DNA of 44,271 nucleotides from Soehngenia sp. (lineage in GTDB: Bacteria; Bacillota; Clostridia; Tissierellales; Tissierellaceae), in NCBI GenBank assembly GCA_035406565.1, contig DAONLG010000001.1, positions 1-44,271 on the forward strand, given 5' to 3'. Shown piece by piece: positions 11,101 to 21,563 of this stretch; the stretch's first letter is position 1; each line of letters begins with the position of its first letter. The translations under genes and the position numbers were made by a program. The notes beneath the pieces were generated by a model. That model was not told where the DNA came from, did no database searches, and worked only from the letters and a program-made list of their open reading frames with translations.

Positions 11101-11874
11101 TTATAATAAAAAAAACTTTGAAAAATAAAAAACGATAGGGGCTACAAATATTATACTATCAAATCTATCTAAAATGCCCCCATGACCAGGTATTATATTC
11201 CCATAGTCCTTGATACCTGCTTCTCTTTTTAATTTTGAAGCTGCTAAATCACCTATTTGTGCTAATATAGAAGCTACAATTGCAAGTAATGCAATCAGTC
11301 CAAAATGATTTTGTACAAAATAATAACTATATATCACAGTCATAATCAAACTACCAAAAATTCCTCCTATTGCTCCTTCTACTGATTTCTTAGGACTAAG
11401 CTTTGGACTAAGCTTATGTTTGCCCAGCGTACTGCCAATCAAATACGCAAAAGTATCAGTACCAAATGCAATAGTGAAAACCATCCATATATATCTAGTG
11501 TTACCTAAATAAGAAATATTTATTAGCATACAAGGAATGTATATAATCGAAAAAAATGTTGCTGAAATATCTATAAAATGTATTTTTTCATTCAGTACAT
11601 AGTTTACCAATAGGATTAAAGCAATTAAAATTATCAAGATGCTTATATCAAATTGTAAATAAATAGATAAGTATATAAAAACACAAGATAAAAATCCAAC
11701 CCATTTAACTGGATTTATTGATATATTACTAAGTGCATTAAATATTTCTCTTAAACCTATTAAAGATATTAAAAATAGCGATATATTTAGCAATATATTG
11801 CCCTTTAAGACAACTATGATCATGAAGGTTAAACCTATTATGCCAGATAAGACCCTTTTCTTTAAATTATCCAA
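11101..11874 (-). CDS. cdsA: Phosphatidate cytidylyltransferase
   Basis: Hydrophobic protein with SPKKSVEG and KDYGNIIPGHGGILDRFDS signatures; TTG start. Confidence 0.96.
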   Translation of the reverse strand: MDNLKKRVLSGIIGLTFMIIVVLKGNILLNISLFLISLIGLREIFNALSNISINPVKWVGFLSCVFIYLSIYLQFDISILIILIALILLVNYVLNEKIHFIDISATFFSIIYIPCMLINISYLGNTRYIWMVFTIAFGTDTFAYLIGSTLGKHKLSPKLSPKKSVEGAIGGIFGSLIMTVIYSYYFVQNHFGLIALLAIVASILAQIGDLAASKLKREAGIKDYGNIIPGHGGILDRFDSIIFVAPIVFYFSKFFLL

Positions 11875-12606
11875 TTAAATACCTCCAAACCTTCTTTGTC
11901 TATTTTGAAAATCTTTTATTGCTAAAAAGAAAGATTTCTTATCAAAATCTGGCCAATATTGATCCGTAAAATATAATTCAGAATATGCAGATTGAAAAGT
12001 AAGAAAATTGCTCAATCTTTTTTCGCCGCTTGTTCTTATAATTAAATCCGGATCAGGTTGGCCGTCCGTATATAAATATTTAATAAATTCTTGCTCATTA
12101 ATCTCATCAATGCTAATTAATCCATCATCATGATCTTTGATAATTTTTTTTATTGCATCAATTATTTCTATTCTAGAACCATAGTTTAATGCAATATTCA
12201 AAGTCATTCCTTTATTATCTTTAGTTTTATCAACTGCTCTTTTAACTTCGCTTAATGCATTAGAAGGTAATTGATCGATGTTTCCTAAAGTATTTATTTT
12301 AATATTATTTTTGACTAGTCTTCTAAGTTCTTTTCTAATAAATATTATTAATAGATTCATCAAAGTATCTATCTCAATTTTAGACCTTTTCCAATTTTCA
12401 GTTGAAAATGCATATAATGTCAAAAATTTAACTCCAATATCATTTGCTGCTTCTACAACATCAACGACGCGTTTCATACCTTCTTGATGCCCTAAATGTC
12501 TTGGTAAGCCTTTTTCTGTTGCCCATCTTCCATTTCCATCCATAATTATTCCCACATGTAGCGGGATTTTCTCTACATCTAATTTATAATCATCAATTAT
12601 GTTCAT
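11875..12606 (-). CDS. uppS: Undecaprenyl diphosphate synthase
   Basis: HVGIIMDGNGRWA, YAFSTENWKR and DPDLIIRTSGEKRLSNF motifs. Start moved to ATG 12606 (GGAGGT RBS). Confidence 0.97.
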   Translation of the reverse strand: MNIIDDYKLDVEKIPLHVGIIMDGNGRWATEKGLPRHLGHQEGMKRVVDVVEAANDIGVKFLTLYAFSTENWKRSKIEIDTLMNLLIIFIRKELRRLVKNNIKINTLGNIDQLPSNALSEVKRAVDKTKDNKGMTLNIALNYGSRIEIIDAIKKIIKDHDDGLISIDEINEQEFIKYLYTDGQPDPDLIIRTSGEKRLSNFLTFQSAYSELYFTDQYWPDFDKKSFFLAIKDFQNRQRRFGGI

Positions 12607-12625
12607 AGTAAATGCTACCTCCATC

Positions 12626-12653
12626 AATAAAAAACCCTTCAAGATGAAGGGTT
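12626..12653 (-). terminator. Rho-independent terminator after frr
   Basis: Minus strand reads AACCCTTC-atctt-GAAGGGTT-TTTTATT; overlaps the frr stop codon. Confidence 0.75.
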
Positions 12654-13209
12654 ATATTTCAAGTAGTTCGTCTTCTTTTTGCTTTGTTATTTCATCGATT
12701 TCTTCGATGTATTTGTCAGTTATCTTTTGTATTTCTTCTTCAGCTAGCTTTTTTTCATCTTCAGAAATTTCTTTATCCTTTTCGGCTTTTTTGATTTTAT
12801 CTACAGCTTCTCTTCGTGTATTTCTTATTGCAACTTTTGCATTTTCTGCGCTTTTTTTCACTAACTTTATCAATTCTTTACGTCTTTCTTCTGTAAGTTG
12901 AGGAATTAATAGTCTTATAACTTTTCCATCATTAGATGGGTTCAACCCCAAATCAGATTTTAATATCTCTTTTTCAATAAGTGGTATTAATTTAGAATCC
13001 CATGGTTGAATGACAAGTAATCTTGGTTCTGGAGCTGTTATACTTGCAACTTGTTTTAAAGGTGTGATTTGACCATAATAGTCTACAGTAATTCTTTCTA
13101 GTAATGCAGGATTTGCTCTCCCTGCCCTTATCGCCTGAAGTTCTTCTTTATAAACTGCAATTGTTTTTTTCATTTTCTGTTCTGCTTCTTTATGAATTTC
13201 TAACTGCAT
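12652..13209 (-). CDS. frr: Ribosome recycling factor
   Basis: [13 protein letters not shown] and [11 protein letters not shown] motifs. Confidence 0.98.
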   Translation of the reverse strand: MQLEIHKEAEQKMKKTIAVYKEELQAIRAGRANPALLERITVDYYGQITPLKQVASITAPEPRLLVIQPWDSKLIPLIEKEILKSDLGLNPSNDGKVIRLLIPQLTEERRKELIKLVKKSAENAKVAIRNTRREAVDKIKKAEKDKEISEDEKKLAEEEIQKITDKYIEEIDEITKQKEDELLEI

Positions 13210-13926
13210 TTACAAATCCCCCTTTATATTCGTACCAATTTTTTCTCCTAAGACAACATTTACTATATTATCCGGCTCATCGATTCCAAATACTACTAAT
13301 GGAATATTATTGTCCATGCAAAGAGATGTAGCTGTTGAATCCATTATACCCAAACCTAAGTTTAGTATATCAATATAATTTAAAGTGTCAAATTTTTTTG
13401 CATTTTTATTTAGTTTTGGATCAGAATCATATACACCATCAACGCCTTTTTTTGCTAAGAAAATAACATCTGCTTCAATTTCAGCTGCACGCAATGCAGC
13501 CGTTGTATCTGTTGAAAAAAATGGATTACCTGTACCAGCTCCAAAGATTACAACTCTGCCTTTTTCTAGATGTCTTATCGCTCTTCTTCTGATATATGGT
13601 TCTGCTATCTGTCTCATCTCTATTGCAGACTGAACTCGAGTAATGACACCAATTTTTTCAAGTGCATCTTGTAAGGCTAATGCATTCATCATTGTTCCCA
13701 ACATTCCCATATAATCTGATGTTGCTCTGTCCATATCTTTTGAAGATCTCCCACGCCAGAAGTTTCCACCACCAACAACTATTGCAACTTCAACACCCAA
13801 ATCATGAATTTTTTTAATCTGATAAGAAATGCCCTTAATTGTGTCAAGGTCAATTCCCATGCCATTATTTCCCGCCAAAGCTTCTCCACTTAATTTTAAA
13901 ATGATTCTTTTGTATTGAAGGCTCAT
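13210..13926 (-). CDS. pyrH: UMP kinase
   Basis: [17 protein letters not shown] and [11 protein letters not shown] motifs. Confidence 0.98.
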   Translation of the reverse strand: MSLQYKRIILKLSGEALAGNNGMGIDLDTIKGISYQIKKIHDLGVEVAIVVGGGNFWRGRSSKDMDRATSDYMGMLGTMMNALALQDALEKIGVITRVQSAIEMRQIAEPYIRRRAIRHLEKGRVVIFGAGTGNPFFSTDTTAALRAAEIEADVIFLAKKGVDGVYDSDPKLNKNAKKFDTLNYIDILNLGLGIMDSTATSLCMDNNIPLVVFGIDEPDNIVNVVLGEKIGTNIKGDL

Positions 13927-13950
13927 ATGTACACTCCTTATAATATTTTA

Positions 13951-13976
13951 TAAAGGAGAACAACAAGTGTTCTCCT
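13951..13976 (-). terminator. Hairpin between tsf and pyrH (probable weak terminator or processing site)
   Basis: 9-bp stem AGGAGAACA-cttgt-TGTTCTCCT followed by only a short T run. Confidence 0.6.
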
Positions 13977-13984
13977 ATATATAA

Positions 13985-14632
13985 TTACATCTTCATTTGT
14001 TTTGCGACTTCTTCAGCAAAATTTTCTTCTTTCTTTTCTAATCCTTCTCCAACTTCATATCTTGTGAATCTTCTTATTACTATGTTTTCACCTATTTTTG
14101 CTATTAATTGTGCTAATACGTCTTTAACTTTCATGCTAGGATCTTTAATAAATGGTTGATCTAGAAGACATACATCTTCATAAAACTTTTCCATTCTTCC
14201 TTCAACAATTTTTTCAGCAACATGTGCTGGTTTTCCTTCATTGATAACTTTATTGGTTTGTATTTCTCTTTCATGTGCTATTTCTTCTGCACTTAGATCT
14301 TGTCTAGAAATCACTTTTGGATTCGATGCGGCAACTTGCATTGCCATATCTTTAACAAATTGTTTGAATTCATCATTTTTTGCAACGAAATCAGTTTCCG
14401 AATTCACTTCTATTAATACACCAATTCTTCCACCATGAATATAAGCATCTACTAGACCTTCAGCTGCGATTCTACCAGACTTCTTTGAAGCGGAAGCCAA
14501 TCCTTTTTCTCTAAGATAATCTATTGCTTTATCTATATCTCCATTGGTTTGTTCAAGTGCTTTTTTGCAATCCATCATTCCAGCACCAGTCTTTTCTCTT
14601 AGTTCTTTAACTAAAGAAGCACTTATAGCCAT
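13985..14632 (-). CDS. tsf: Elongation factor Ts (short, 215-aa form)
   Basis: [19 protein letters not shown] and [10 protein letters not shown] motifs; follows rpsB. Confidence 0.98.
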   Translation of the reverse strand: MAISASLVKELREKTGAGMMDCKKALEQTNGDIDKAIDYLREKGLASASKKSGRIAAEGLVDAYIHGGRIGVLIEVNSETDFVAKNDEFKQFVKDMAMQVAASNPKVISRQDLSAEEIAHEREIQTNKVINEGKPAHVAEKIVEGRMEKFYEDVCLLDQPFIKDPSMKVKDVLAQLIAKIGENIVIRRFTRYEVGEGLEKKEENFAEEVAKQMKM

Positions 14633-14647
14633 TTTATCACTCCTATT

Positions 14648-15406
14648 TTATTCTTCTATATCAACTATCTCTTCATTATTTTTATCGCTATTTTTATCAA
14701 TATTTTGGTCAACAGAGAATTGCTCTCCTTGTCTTGCTTCAATTACAGCATTTGCAATAGTTTCTGTGATAAGTTTTACAGCTCTTATAGCATCATCATT
14801 TCCAGGTATTACATAATCCACTTCATCTGGATCACAATTAGTGTCTACTATACCTATTACCGGAATTCCTAATATGTGAGCTTCCTTTACAGCAATTCTC
14901 TCTTTTCTAGGATCTACAACAAACAAAACATCTGGTATTTTGTTCATATTCTTAATCCCGCCGAGGAATTTTTCTAATCTTTCTCTTTCATGCTTTAATT
15001 GAATGACCTCTTTCTTTGGAAGGACATCAAAAATCCCATCTTCTTCCATTTTTTCTAAATCATGAAGTCTATCAATTCTTTTTCTTATAGTTTTGTAGTT
15101 TGTGAGCATGCCGCCTAACCATCTTTGATTAACATAATGCATACCACATCTCTTTGCTTCTGTTTCAATTGCTTCTTGGGCTTGTTTTTTTGTTCCTACA
15201 AATAAAACTTCTCCACCGTTAGCAACTATTTCTTTCATTACAGCATATGCTTCGTCTATCATCTTAACAGTTTTTTGTAAATCTATAATATAGATCCCAT
15301 TTCTTTCTGTAAAGATATACTTAGACATTTTTGGGTTCCATCTTCTAGTTTGATGACCAAAATGGACTCCCGCTTCCAACAAATTTTTCATTGATACTAC
15401 TGACAT
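14648..15406 (-). CDS. rpsB: 30S ribosomal protein S2
   Basis: [19 protein letters not shown] and [10 protein letters not shown] motifs. Start moved to ATG 15406 (GGAGGTG RBS). Confidence 0.98.
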   Translation of the reverse strand: MSVVSMKNLLEAGVHFGHQTRRWNPKMSKYIFTERNGIYIIDLQKTVKMIDEAYAVMKEIVANGGEVLFVGTKKQAQEAIETEAKRCGMHYVNQRWLGGMLTNYKTIRKRIDRLHDLEKMEEDGIFDVLPKKEVIQLKHERERLEKFLGGIKNMNKIPDVLFVVDPRKERIAVKEAHILGIPVIGIVDTNCDPDEVDYVIPGNDDAIRAVKLITETIANAVIEARQGEQFSVDQNIDKNSDKNNEEIVDIEE

Positions 15407-15410
15407 ATTT

Positions 15411-15498
15411 GCACCTCCAAGTTTTTTCCTCCACTTCACTCATTTGCTTAAGGACTCAATTTGAGAACACCTCTTGCATCATGACGTGTGTGTAATTC
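15411..15498 (-). promoter_or_regulatory. rpsB 5' leader (S2-binding / T44-like cis-regulatory RNA)
   Basis: About 90-nt leader reading ACACACGTC...AGAGGTGT...GTGGAGGAAAAAAC. This matches the ACACAC...GGTG...GGAGG pattern I associate with rpsB leaders; no covariance model was run. Confidence 0.6.
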
Positions 15499-15505
15499 CT
15501 CAAAT

Positions 15506-15534
15506 AGTATAGCATATTATTATTATTATTTCAA
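15506..15534 (-). promoter_or_regulatory. SigA promoter of rpsB-tsf
   Basis: TTGAAA-N17-TATACT with extended -10 (TGc). Confidence 0.72.
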
Positions 15535-15547
15535 CAATTTGCATATC

Positions 15548-15577
15548 AAAAAATAATCGCTAAAAGCGATTATTTTT
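15548..15577 (-). terminator. Rho-independent terminator after codY
   Basis: 13-bp inverted repeat AAAAATAATCGCT-aaa-AGCGATTATTTTT with T tracts on both strands. Confidence 0.78.
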
Positions 15578-15584
15578 ATGATTA

Positions 15585-16361
15585 CTATTTATTTCTTCTT
15601 AATTCTTCTATGAGCTTATCATTTAAAACTTTTATATGGGTTCCTTTCATACCTAAAGATCTCGATTCTATTACTCCTGCACTTTCAAATTTCCTTAATG
15701 CATTCACTATAACAGATCTTGTTATTCCAACGCGATCAGCAATTTTACTAGCAACAACTAATCCTTCCATACCATCAAGTTCTTCAAAAATATACTCCAT
15801 TGCTTCTCGTTCAGAATAAGAAAGAGTTCCCAATGCCATGTCAACTACAGACTTCTTTCTTGCTTCTTCTTCAATTTCTTCGCTTTTTGCTCTAAGTATT
15901 TCCATTCCAACTACAGTTGCACTATACTCACAAAGTATCAAATCTTCTTCGCTGAAATCTTTTCCAAACCTAGCTATTACAAGTGTGCCAAGTCTAGAGC
16001 CACCACTGTTTATAGGAATTATCGTTGAAACCTTATCTGGATATTCACATCTTGTAGTCTGGTCGAAAACGCATATATCCATGTCTTTTATATTTTCTTT
16101 TGTTTCACTTATTTTTAAAAGCTCTTCATTGTATTTCTTAGGGAATCTTCCTTCTTTTACAACTTCACTATTTACAATATCGCAGTCAAAACCTTCTGAT
16201 AATGCATAGCCTAATACTCTCCCTTTTGTACTTGCTATATAGACATTAGCTTCCAGAATATCAGATAATATCTTGCTTAGTTCTGTGAAAGATATTGGTT
16301 TTGAACCATAGCTTTGAAGTGTTTTATTTAGCCTTCTAGTTTTTTTTAATAAACTTTCCAT
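15585..16361 (-). CDS. codY: GTP/BCAA-sensing global regulator CodY
   Basis: GAF domain plus [41 protein letters not shown]. Confidence 0.98.
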   Translation of the reverse strand: MESLLKKTRRLNKTLQSYGSKPISFTELSKILSDILEANVYIASTKGRVLGYALSEGFDCDIVNSEVVKEGRFPKKYNEELLKISETKENIKDMDICVFDQTTRCEYPDKVSTIIPINSGGSRLGTLVIARFGKDFSEEDLILCEYSATVVGMEILRAKSEEIEEEARKKSVVDMALGTLSYSEREAMEYIFEELDGMEGLVVASKIADRVGITRSVIVNALRKFESAGVIESRSLGMKGTHIKVLNDKLIEELRRNK

Positions 16362-16460
16362 ATATTAACCTCCTCATTTATTTTCTAAAACAATTCTGAA
16401 TTTTCATCACATATATAACATACTATATATTTCAAGAATTGTACAGATATTTTTTATATT

Positions 16461-18542
16461 TTAAATATTTTTATTATATCCACATTTTTCATTAATACAA
16501 CTTAATGTTTTACTGTTTTTAGTCTGTCTAATAACCATCATACCCCCACATTTAGGGCACTTTTCTTGTACTGGTTCTTGCCATGAATTAAATTCACAGT
16601 TTGGATAATTAGAGCAACCGTAAAAAATTCTGCCTTTTTTTGTTCTCTTTTTAACTATTTCCCCATCCTCACATAAAGGACATTTGACACCTATTTTTTC
16701 TAATATAGGTTTGACATTTTTACATTCAGGATAACCTGGGCAAGCTAAAAACTTACCATATTTGCCAACTTTTATTACCATTTTTTTCCCACATTTTTCA
16801 CAAATTTCATCCGATTCCTCATCTTTTATATCAATTTTTTCTATTTCACTTTCAGCTTTATCTAATGCATCTTCAAACTTAAAATAAAACTCTCTTATGA
16901 CATCTTTCCAGTTTAATTTACCTTCAGCAATTTCATCAAGTTGGTTTTCTAGCTGAGCGGTGAATTCTTCATTAATTATTTCACTAAAATACTTTACTAA
17001 TATGTCATTTACAATTGTACCAAGCTCAGTTGGATAGAAGGTTTTTTTCTCAAGAGTTACATAGCCTCTGGATAATATTGTAGAAATAGTTGGTGAATAT
17101 GTGCTTGGTCTTCCTATTCCAAGTTCTTCCATTGTTTTAATCAATGATGCTTCAGTATATCTTGATGGTGGCTGGGTAAAATTTCTTTTCTCTTCAATTT
17201 TTATCAGATCTAATTTCTCGCCTACATTTAGCTCTGGCAATATGATATCATTTTGCTCTTCATCTGTTGTTGTGTAAACTTTTAAAAACCCACTAAAATT
17301 TAATTTTGAACCGTTGCTTTTAAAAATGTATTTCCCATTCTTTATTTTTACTGATATTGTGTCGTAAATAGCGTCTGACATCTGTGACCCAATAAATCTA
17401 TCCCAAACGAGTTTATATAATTTAAACTGCTCTTTAGTAAGTGAATCTTTTATTTTTTCAGGCCACAAATTTAAATGTGTAGGTCTAATCCCTTCATGAG
17501 CATCTTGAGTTTCCTTTTTAGCTTTCTTAGAATAAGTGTTTCCTCCATTTGAAAACTCTTTCCCAAAATTCTGTACAATATATTCCCTTGCCGCATCAAC
17601 CGCTTCATTCGCAATCCTAGTTGAGTCAGTTCTCATATAAGTTATAAGCCCAGTTGTACCTTCTCCCTTCACATCAATTCCCTCATATAATTGTTGTGCG
17701 ATCATCATTGTTTTCTTTGAAGTATAACCTAGTTTTTTTGATGCATCTTGTTGTAGAGTACTTGTTGTATATGGTGGGTAAGGGCTTCTTTTTCTCTTGC
17801 TTTTTTTAATGTCAAAAACTATATTTTCATTGCTTTTTATTTCTTTTAATATGTTTTTTGCTTCTTCTTCATTTTTTATAGTTAGTTTGCTTTCTTTTTC
17901 ATTTGCTATTTGATGAGTAAGCATAGCTTCAAATTTACTATTATCTTTTTTGAAATGTCCCTTTATTGTCCAATATTCTTCTGGAATAAATTCAGTAATT
18001 TCATTTTCTCGATCGCATATTAACTTTACGGCTACAGATTGAACTCTGCCTGCGCTTAGTCCTTTTTTTACTTTCTTCCAAAGGATAGGGCTAATTTTAT
18101 ATCCTACCAATCTATCCAATACTCTTCTTGCTTGCTGTGCATTATATAGGTTCTCATCAAGCTTTCTGGGTGATTTAATAGAACTTTTAACTGTTTCTTT
18201 TGTAATTTCATGAAATTCAACTCTACAAGGAGTATCTTTGTTTATATCCAATAAACTAGCTAAATGCCAAGATATAGCTTCACCTTCACGATCGGGGTCT
18301 GTAGCGAGGAAAATACTATCAGCTTTTTTAGCTTCTTTCTTAAGATTGTTTACGATACTTCCTTTTCCTCTAATTGTTATATATTCGGGTTGAAAATCAT
18401 TTTTTATATCTATCCCTAGCCTGCTTTTAGGCAAATCTCTAATGTGACCTAATGAAGCAATCACTGTATAATTTTTCCCTAACATTTTACTTATTGACTT
18501 TGCTTTTGCAGGTGATTCAACAATCACCAAATTTTTAGTCAA
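16461..18542 (-). CDS. topA: DNA topoisomerase I
   Basis: LVIVESPAKAK, ATDPDREGE, catalytic ITYMRTDS and three C4 zinc ribbons; TTG start with GGAGGTG RBS. Confidence 0.98.
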   Translation of the reverse strand: MTKNLVIVESPAKAKSISKMLGKNYTVIASLGHIRDLPKSRLGIDIKNDFQPEYITIRGKGSIVNNLKKEAKKADSIFLATDPDREGEAISWHLASLLDINKDTPCRVEFHEITKETVKSSIKSPRKLDENLYNAQQARRVLDRLVGYKISPILWKKVKKGLSAGRVQSVAVKLICDRENEITEFIPEEYWTIKGHFKKDNSKFEAMLTHQIANEKESKLTIKNEEEAKNILKEIKSNENIVFDIKKSKRKRSPYPPYTTSTLQQDASKKLGYTSKKTMMIAQQLYEGIDVKGEGTTGLITYMRTDSTRIANEAVDAAREYIVQNFGKEFSNGGNTYSKKAKKETQDAHEGIRPTHLNLWPEKIKDSLTKEQFKLYKLVWDRFIGSQMSDAIYDTISVKIKNGKYIFKSNGSKLNFSGFLKVYTTTDEEQNDIILPELNVGEKLDLIKIEEKRNFTQPPSRYTEASLIKTMEELGIGRPSTYSPTISTILSRGYVTLEKKTFYPTELGTIVNDILVKYFSEIINEEFTAQLENQLDEIAEGKLNWKDVIREFYFKFEDALDKAESEIEKIDIKDEESDEICEKCGKKMVIKVGKYGKFLACPGYPECKNVKPILEKIGVKCPLCEDGEIVKKRTKKGRIFYGCSNYPNCEFNSWQEPVQEKCPKCGGMMVIRQTKNSKTLSCINEKCGYNKNI

Positions 18543-18561
18543 AATAACACCTCCAAATTAA

Positions 18562-19653
18562 CTAGCAAATAGTAAAAGTACTTGGGGCAATCTCTTTAAC
18601 AACTCCTTTTATTTCAAGAATTGTAAGAGTACTATTCACTATATTTATATCTAAACCAGATTTTAAGGCTATTAAATCAGAATGAAGTGGTCCATCTTTT
18701 AAGATTGTATATATTGCGTTTTCAGTATCGCCTAACTCAACATTATTAATGCATGCTTTAGTATTATATTCGAGATGTAATATATTTTCAAGTTCTACTA
18801 ATATATCTTCTACATCTTGTACTAGCTTTGCTCCATCTTTAATTAATGCATTTGTCCCCTCACTGTACAAGCTATTTATATTGCCAGGAATTGAAAAAAC
18901 CTCTTTTCCCTGATTTAATGCATGGCTTGCAGTAATTAAAGAACCTGAATTTTTCTGTGCTTCTATAACTAAAACTCCATAGCTAAGACCAGATATAATT
19001 CTATTTCGTTGAGGAAAATTATATTTAAATGGTTCTGTATCAGGTGAAAATTCAGTAATAATCAAACCATTATTTTCAATATCATCATATAATGCTTTAT
19101 TTGATTTAGGGTATATCTTATTAATTCCACAACCTAAAACCGCTATTGTTTGACCATGGTTTAAAAGGGCAGTTTTATGGGCTATTGTGTCTATTCCATA
19201 TGCAAGCCCACTAACAATAGTTAGATTATAGTTTGTTAACTCTTTTGTGAATTTCTCGCATGCCCACTTCCCATATAGCGTTGGCTTTCTAGTCCCAACA
19301 ATAGCTATTGAATTAGAGTTTATTAGCCCAATATCCCCTTTATAGTACAATACGCTTGGTTTATCTGAGATAAATTTTAGACTAATAGGATAATTACTAC
19401 TATAAGTGGTCAATATACCAATGTTATTTGACTTTTTCATGTTATAAATAGTATTTAGTACATCGTCTATATCGGAACCTAACAACTTATCTATCATGTT
19501 TGAATTAAGCAATCTAAGGTTTTCTAATTCATTCCTACTGATGTAGAGAATATCTTTCATATTTTTAAAGATATTCTCTAGCTTTTCAATTTTATCGCTA
19601 TTTATGCCATTATAGCTTAGCCAAATGAGGATTTCTTCATCGCTATATCCCAT
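18562..19653 (-). CDS. dprA: DNA-processing protein DprA (Smf)
   Basis: IAIVGTR, IVSGLAYGIDT, FPQRNRIISGLS and SGSLITA motifs; C-terminal winged-helix-like segment. Confidence 0.96.
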   Translation of the reverse strand: MGYSDEEILIWLSYNGINSDKIEKLENIFKNMKDILYISRNELENLRLLNSNMIDKLLGSDIDDVLNTIYNMKKSNNIGILTTYSSNYPISLKFISDKPSVLYYKGDIGLINSNSIAIVGTRKPTLYGKWACEKFTKELTNYNLTIVSGLAYGIDTIAHKTALLNHGQTIAVLGCGINKIYPKSNKALYDDIENNGLIITEFSPDTEPFKYNFPQRNRIISGLSYGVLVIEAQKNSGSLITASHALNQGKEVFSIPGNINSLYSEGTNALIKDGAKLVQDVEDILVELENILHLEYNTKACINNVELGDTENAIYTILKDGPLHSDLIALKSGLDINIVNSTLTILEIKGVVKEIAPSTFTIC

Positions 19654-19659
19654 TAATTA

Positions 19660-21180
19660 TTACCTCCAATATTTTATGTCTAAGCTTCTGTATCGAATAG
19701 CCTCTGATAAATGATAATCTTCAATAATATCTTTGTAATCCAGATCAGCAATAGTTCTAGCTACCTTTAATATTTTGTTATATGATCTTGCACTAAATTT
19801 ATATTTCTCAAATGCTTTTCTCATCAATAATTCTGCAGATTTTGATAACTTGCAAATTGATTTAATTTCTTTATTTGAAAGATTGGCATTGTAAATTGTT
19901 GCTTTAGTAGAGTTCCTGTTTTGCTGAATTAGTCTAGCTTGTTCAACTGTATTTTTTAAATCAGATGATGAGATTTCTTTAGATTCCTTACTTAAATCAG
20001 AATAATTTACGGGCAACACTTCTATATGTATATCAATTCTATCTAATAGAGGATGACTTATCTTGTTAAGATATTTTTCAATTGATGTTTGGCTACAAGT
20101 ACATTGATGAAATGGATCTCCAAGATTTCCGCAAGGGCAAGGATTCATGCTCGCTATAAACATAAAATTTGAAGGGTAAGTTAAAGAAGCATTTACTCTT
20201 GATATATGTACGAATCCATCTTCAAGAGGCTGTCTTAATACCTCTAGAACATTTTTCTGAAATTCCGGTAATTCATCAAAAAACAAGACTCCTCTATGCG
20301 CTAAGGATACTTCGCCAGGTTTTGGAATTTTACCTCCACCTATTATTGCTATACCTGAAGATGAGTGATGTGGTGCCCTAAAAGGTCTTTCTGTGATTAA
20401 TTTATTATTTGTTAAAAGACCAGCAATGCTATAAATTTTTGTTACTTCAATTGATTCTTCGATGTTTAGTGAGGGTAATATTGTAGGTAATCTTCTTGCA
20501 GACATGGTTTTTCCAGACCCAGGAGGCCCAACTATTAGCATGTTATGAGAACCTGCAGCAGCTATTTGCATAGCTCTCTTTAATCCCTCTTGGCCTTTTA
20601 TATCAGAAAAATCAATATTGCTGCTTATACTATCACAACTATATATTTCTCCTTTGTAAGCTTCTATCACTATTTTTCCATTTAAAAAATCACAAACTTG
20701 CTTTAAATTGGCTACTGGAATAATATCTACATCCTCTATGATAGCACATTCATCTTTATTTAACTCAGGAATGATGAATTTGTTTATACCATATTCTCTC
20801 ATTGATATTATCATTGGTAAAGCTCCTATTATAGGATTAATAGTTCCGTCTAAAGACAGCTCCCCTAGATAAATACAATTTGCATCAGGTAAATTAACAA
20901 TTTCTGCCGCAGCTAATATTCCTATAGCAATTGACAAATCCATTTGTGAACCATCTTTCTTTAAATTTGCCGGTGCAAGATTGATAGTTATTCTATTAAG
21001 AGGAAATTCATATCCAGAATTTTTAATTGCACTTCTTACTCGCTCTTTGGATTCCTTAATGGCTGTATCGGGTAATCCAACTATATTAAAAGCAGGAAGA
21101 CCCCTAGATAAATCAGTCTCTACGTCGACAATGTGACCATTTAATCCTTGCAATACACATGTTTTAAGTTTAGAGTACAC
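19660..21180 (-). CDS. comM: ComM / YifB-family Mg-chelatase-like AAA+ helicase
   Basis: IVGLPDTAIKESKERV, RITINLAPA, Walker A GPPGSGKT, RPFRAPHH, PGEVSLAHRGVLFFDE and MNPCPCG motifs. Start placed at GTG 21180 by RBS spacing. Confidence 0.93.
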   Translation of the reverse strand: MYSKLKTCVLQGLNGHIVDVETDLSRGLPAFNIVGLPDTAIKESKERVRSAIKNSGYEFPLNRITINLAPANLKKDGSQMDLSIAIGILAAAEIVNLPDANCIYLGELSLDGTINPIIGALPMIISMREYGINKFIIPELNKDECAIIEDVDIIPVANLKQVCDFLNGKIVIEAYKGEIYSCDSISSNIDFSDIKGQEGLKRAMQIAAAGSHNMLIVGPPGSGKTMSARRLPTILPSLNIEESIEVTKIYSIAGLLTNNKLITERPFRAPHHSSSGIAIIGGGKIPKPGEVSLAHRGVLFFDELPEFQKNVLEVLRQPLEDGFVHISRVNASLTYPSNFMFIASMNPCPCGNLGDPFHQCTCSQTSIEKYLNKISHPLLDRIDIHIEVLPVNYSDLSKESKEISSSDLKNTVEQARLIQQNRNSTKATIYNANLSNKEIKSICKLSKSAELLMRKAFEKYKFSARSYNKILKVARTIADLDYKDIIEDYHLSEAIRYRSLDIKYWR

Positions 21181-21206
21181 TGGCACTCACCTCATTTAAA
21201 TATAAT

Positions 21207-21563
21207 TTACCATGCACTAAAAGCATTCTTAATATATATAATTTTATTGTTATCTGATGGGTATACTTCTGCTACATCATATCTAATCTGGACGTTATTT
21301 AATTTATTTATTTGTATATATAATAAAGAGGTTTTAATTATTTTAAATTGCTTTCGTTTATCTACTGCTTCTGATGGCCTACCATAGATATTACTATTTC
21401 TAGTTTTAACTTCAATAAAAGCTAAAATATCTTTATCCATAGCTATTATGTCAATCTCACCTATTTGGTTTCTGTAATTATGAAAGATTACTTTATAATT
21501 ATTAGATTTCAAATAATCTAATACTAATTTTTCCCCTTCATCTCCAATATTCTTGTTATTCAT
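21207..21563 (-). CDS. yraN: YraN-family (UPF0102) PD-(D/E)XK nuclease
   Basis: GEIDIIA, FIEVKTR and RYDV motifs. Confidence 0.93.
   Translation of the reverse strand: MNNKNIGDEGEKLVLDYLKSNNYKVIFHNYRNQIGEIDIIAMDKDILAFIEVKTRNSNIYGRPSEAVDKRKQFKIIKTSLLYIQINKLNNVQIRYDVAEVYPSDNNKIIYIKNAFSAW

Noticed and set aside
16379-16404. Possible CodY autoregulatory boxes upstream of codY
   Set aside because: The two best windows I found each have 5 mismatches to AATTTTCWGAAAATT, which is not distinguishable from chance in AT-rich DNA.
19660-21186. Mobile element integrated in comM (a known hotspot)
   Set aside because: comM is intact and full length, and there is no integrase or att-like repeat nearby.
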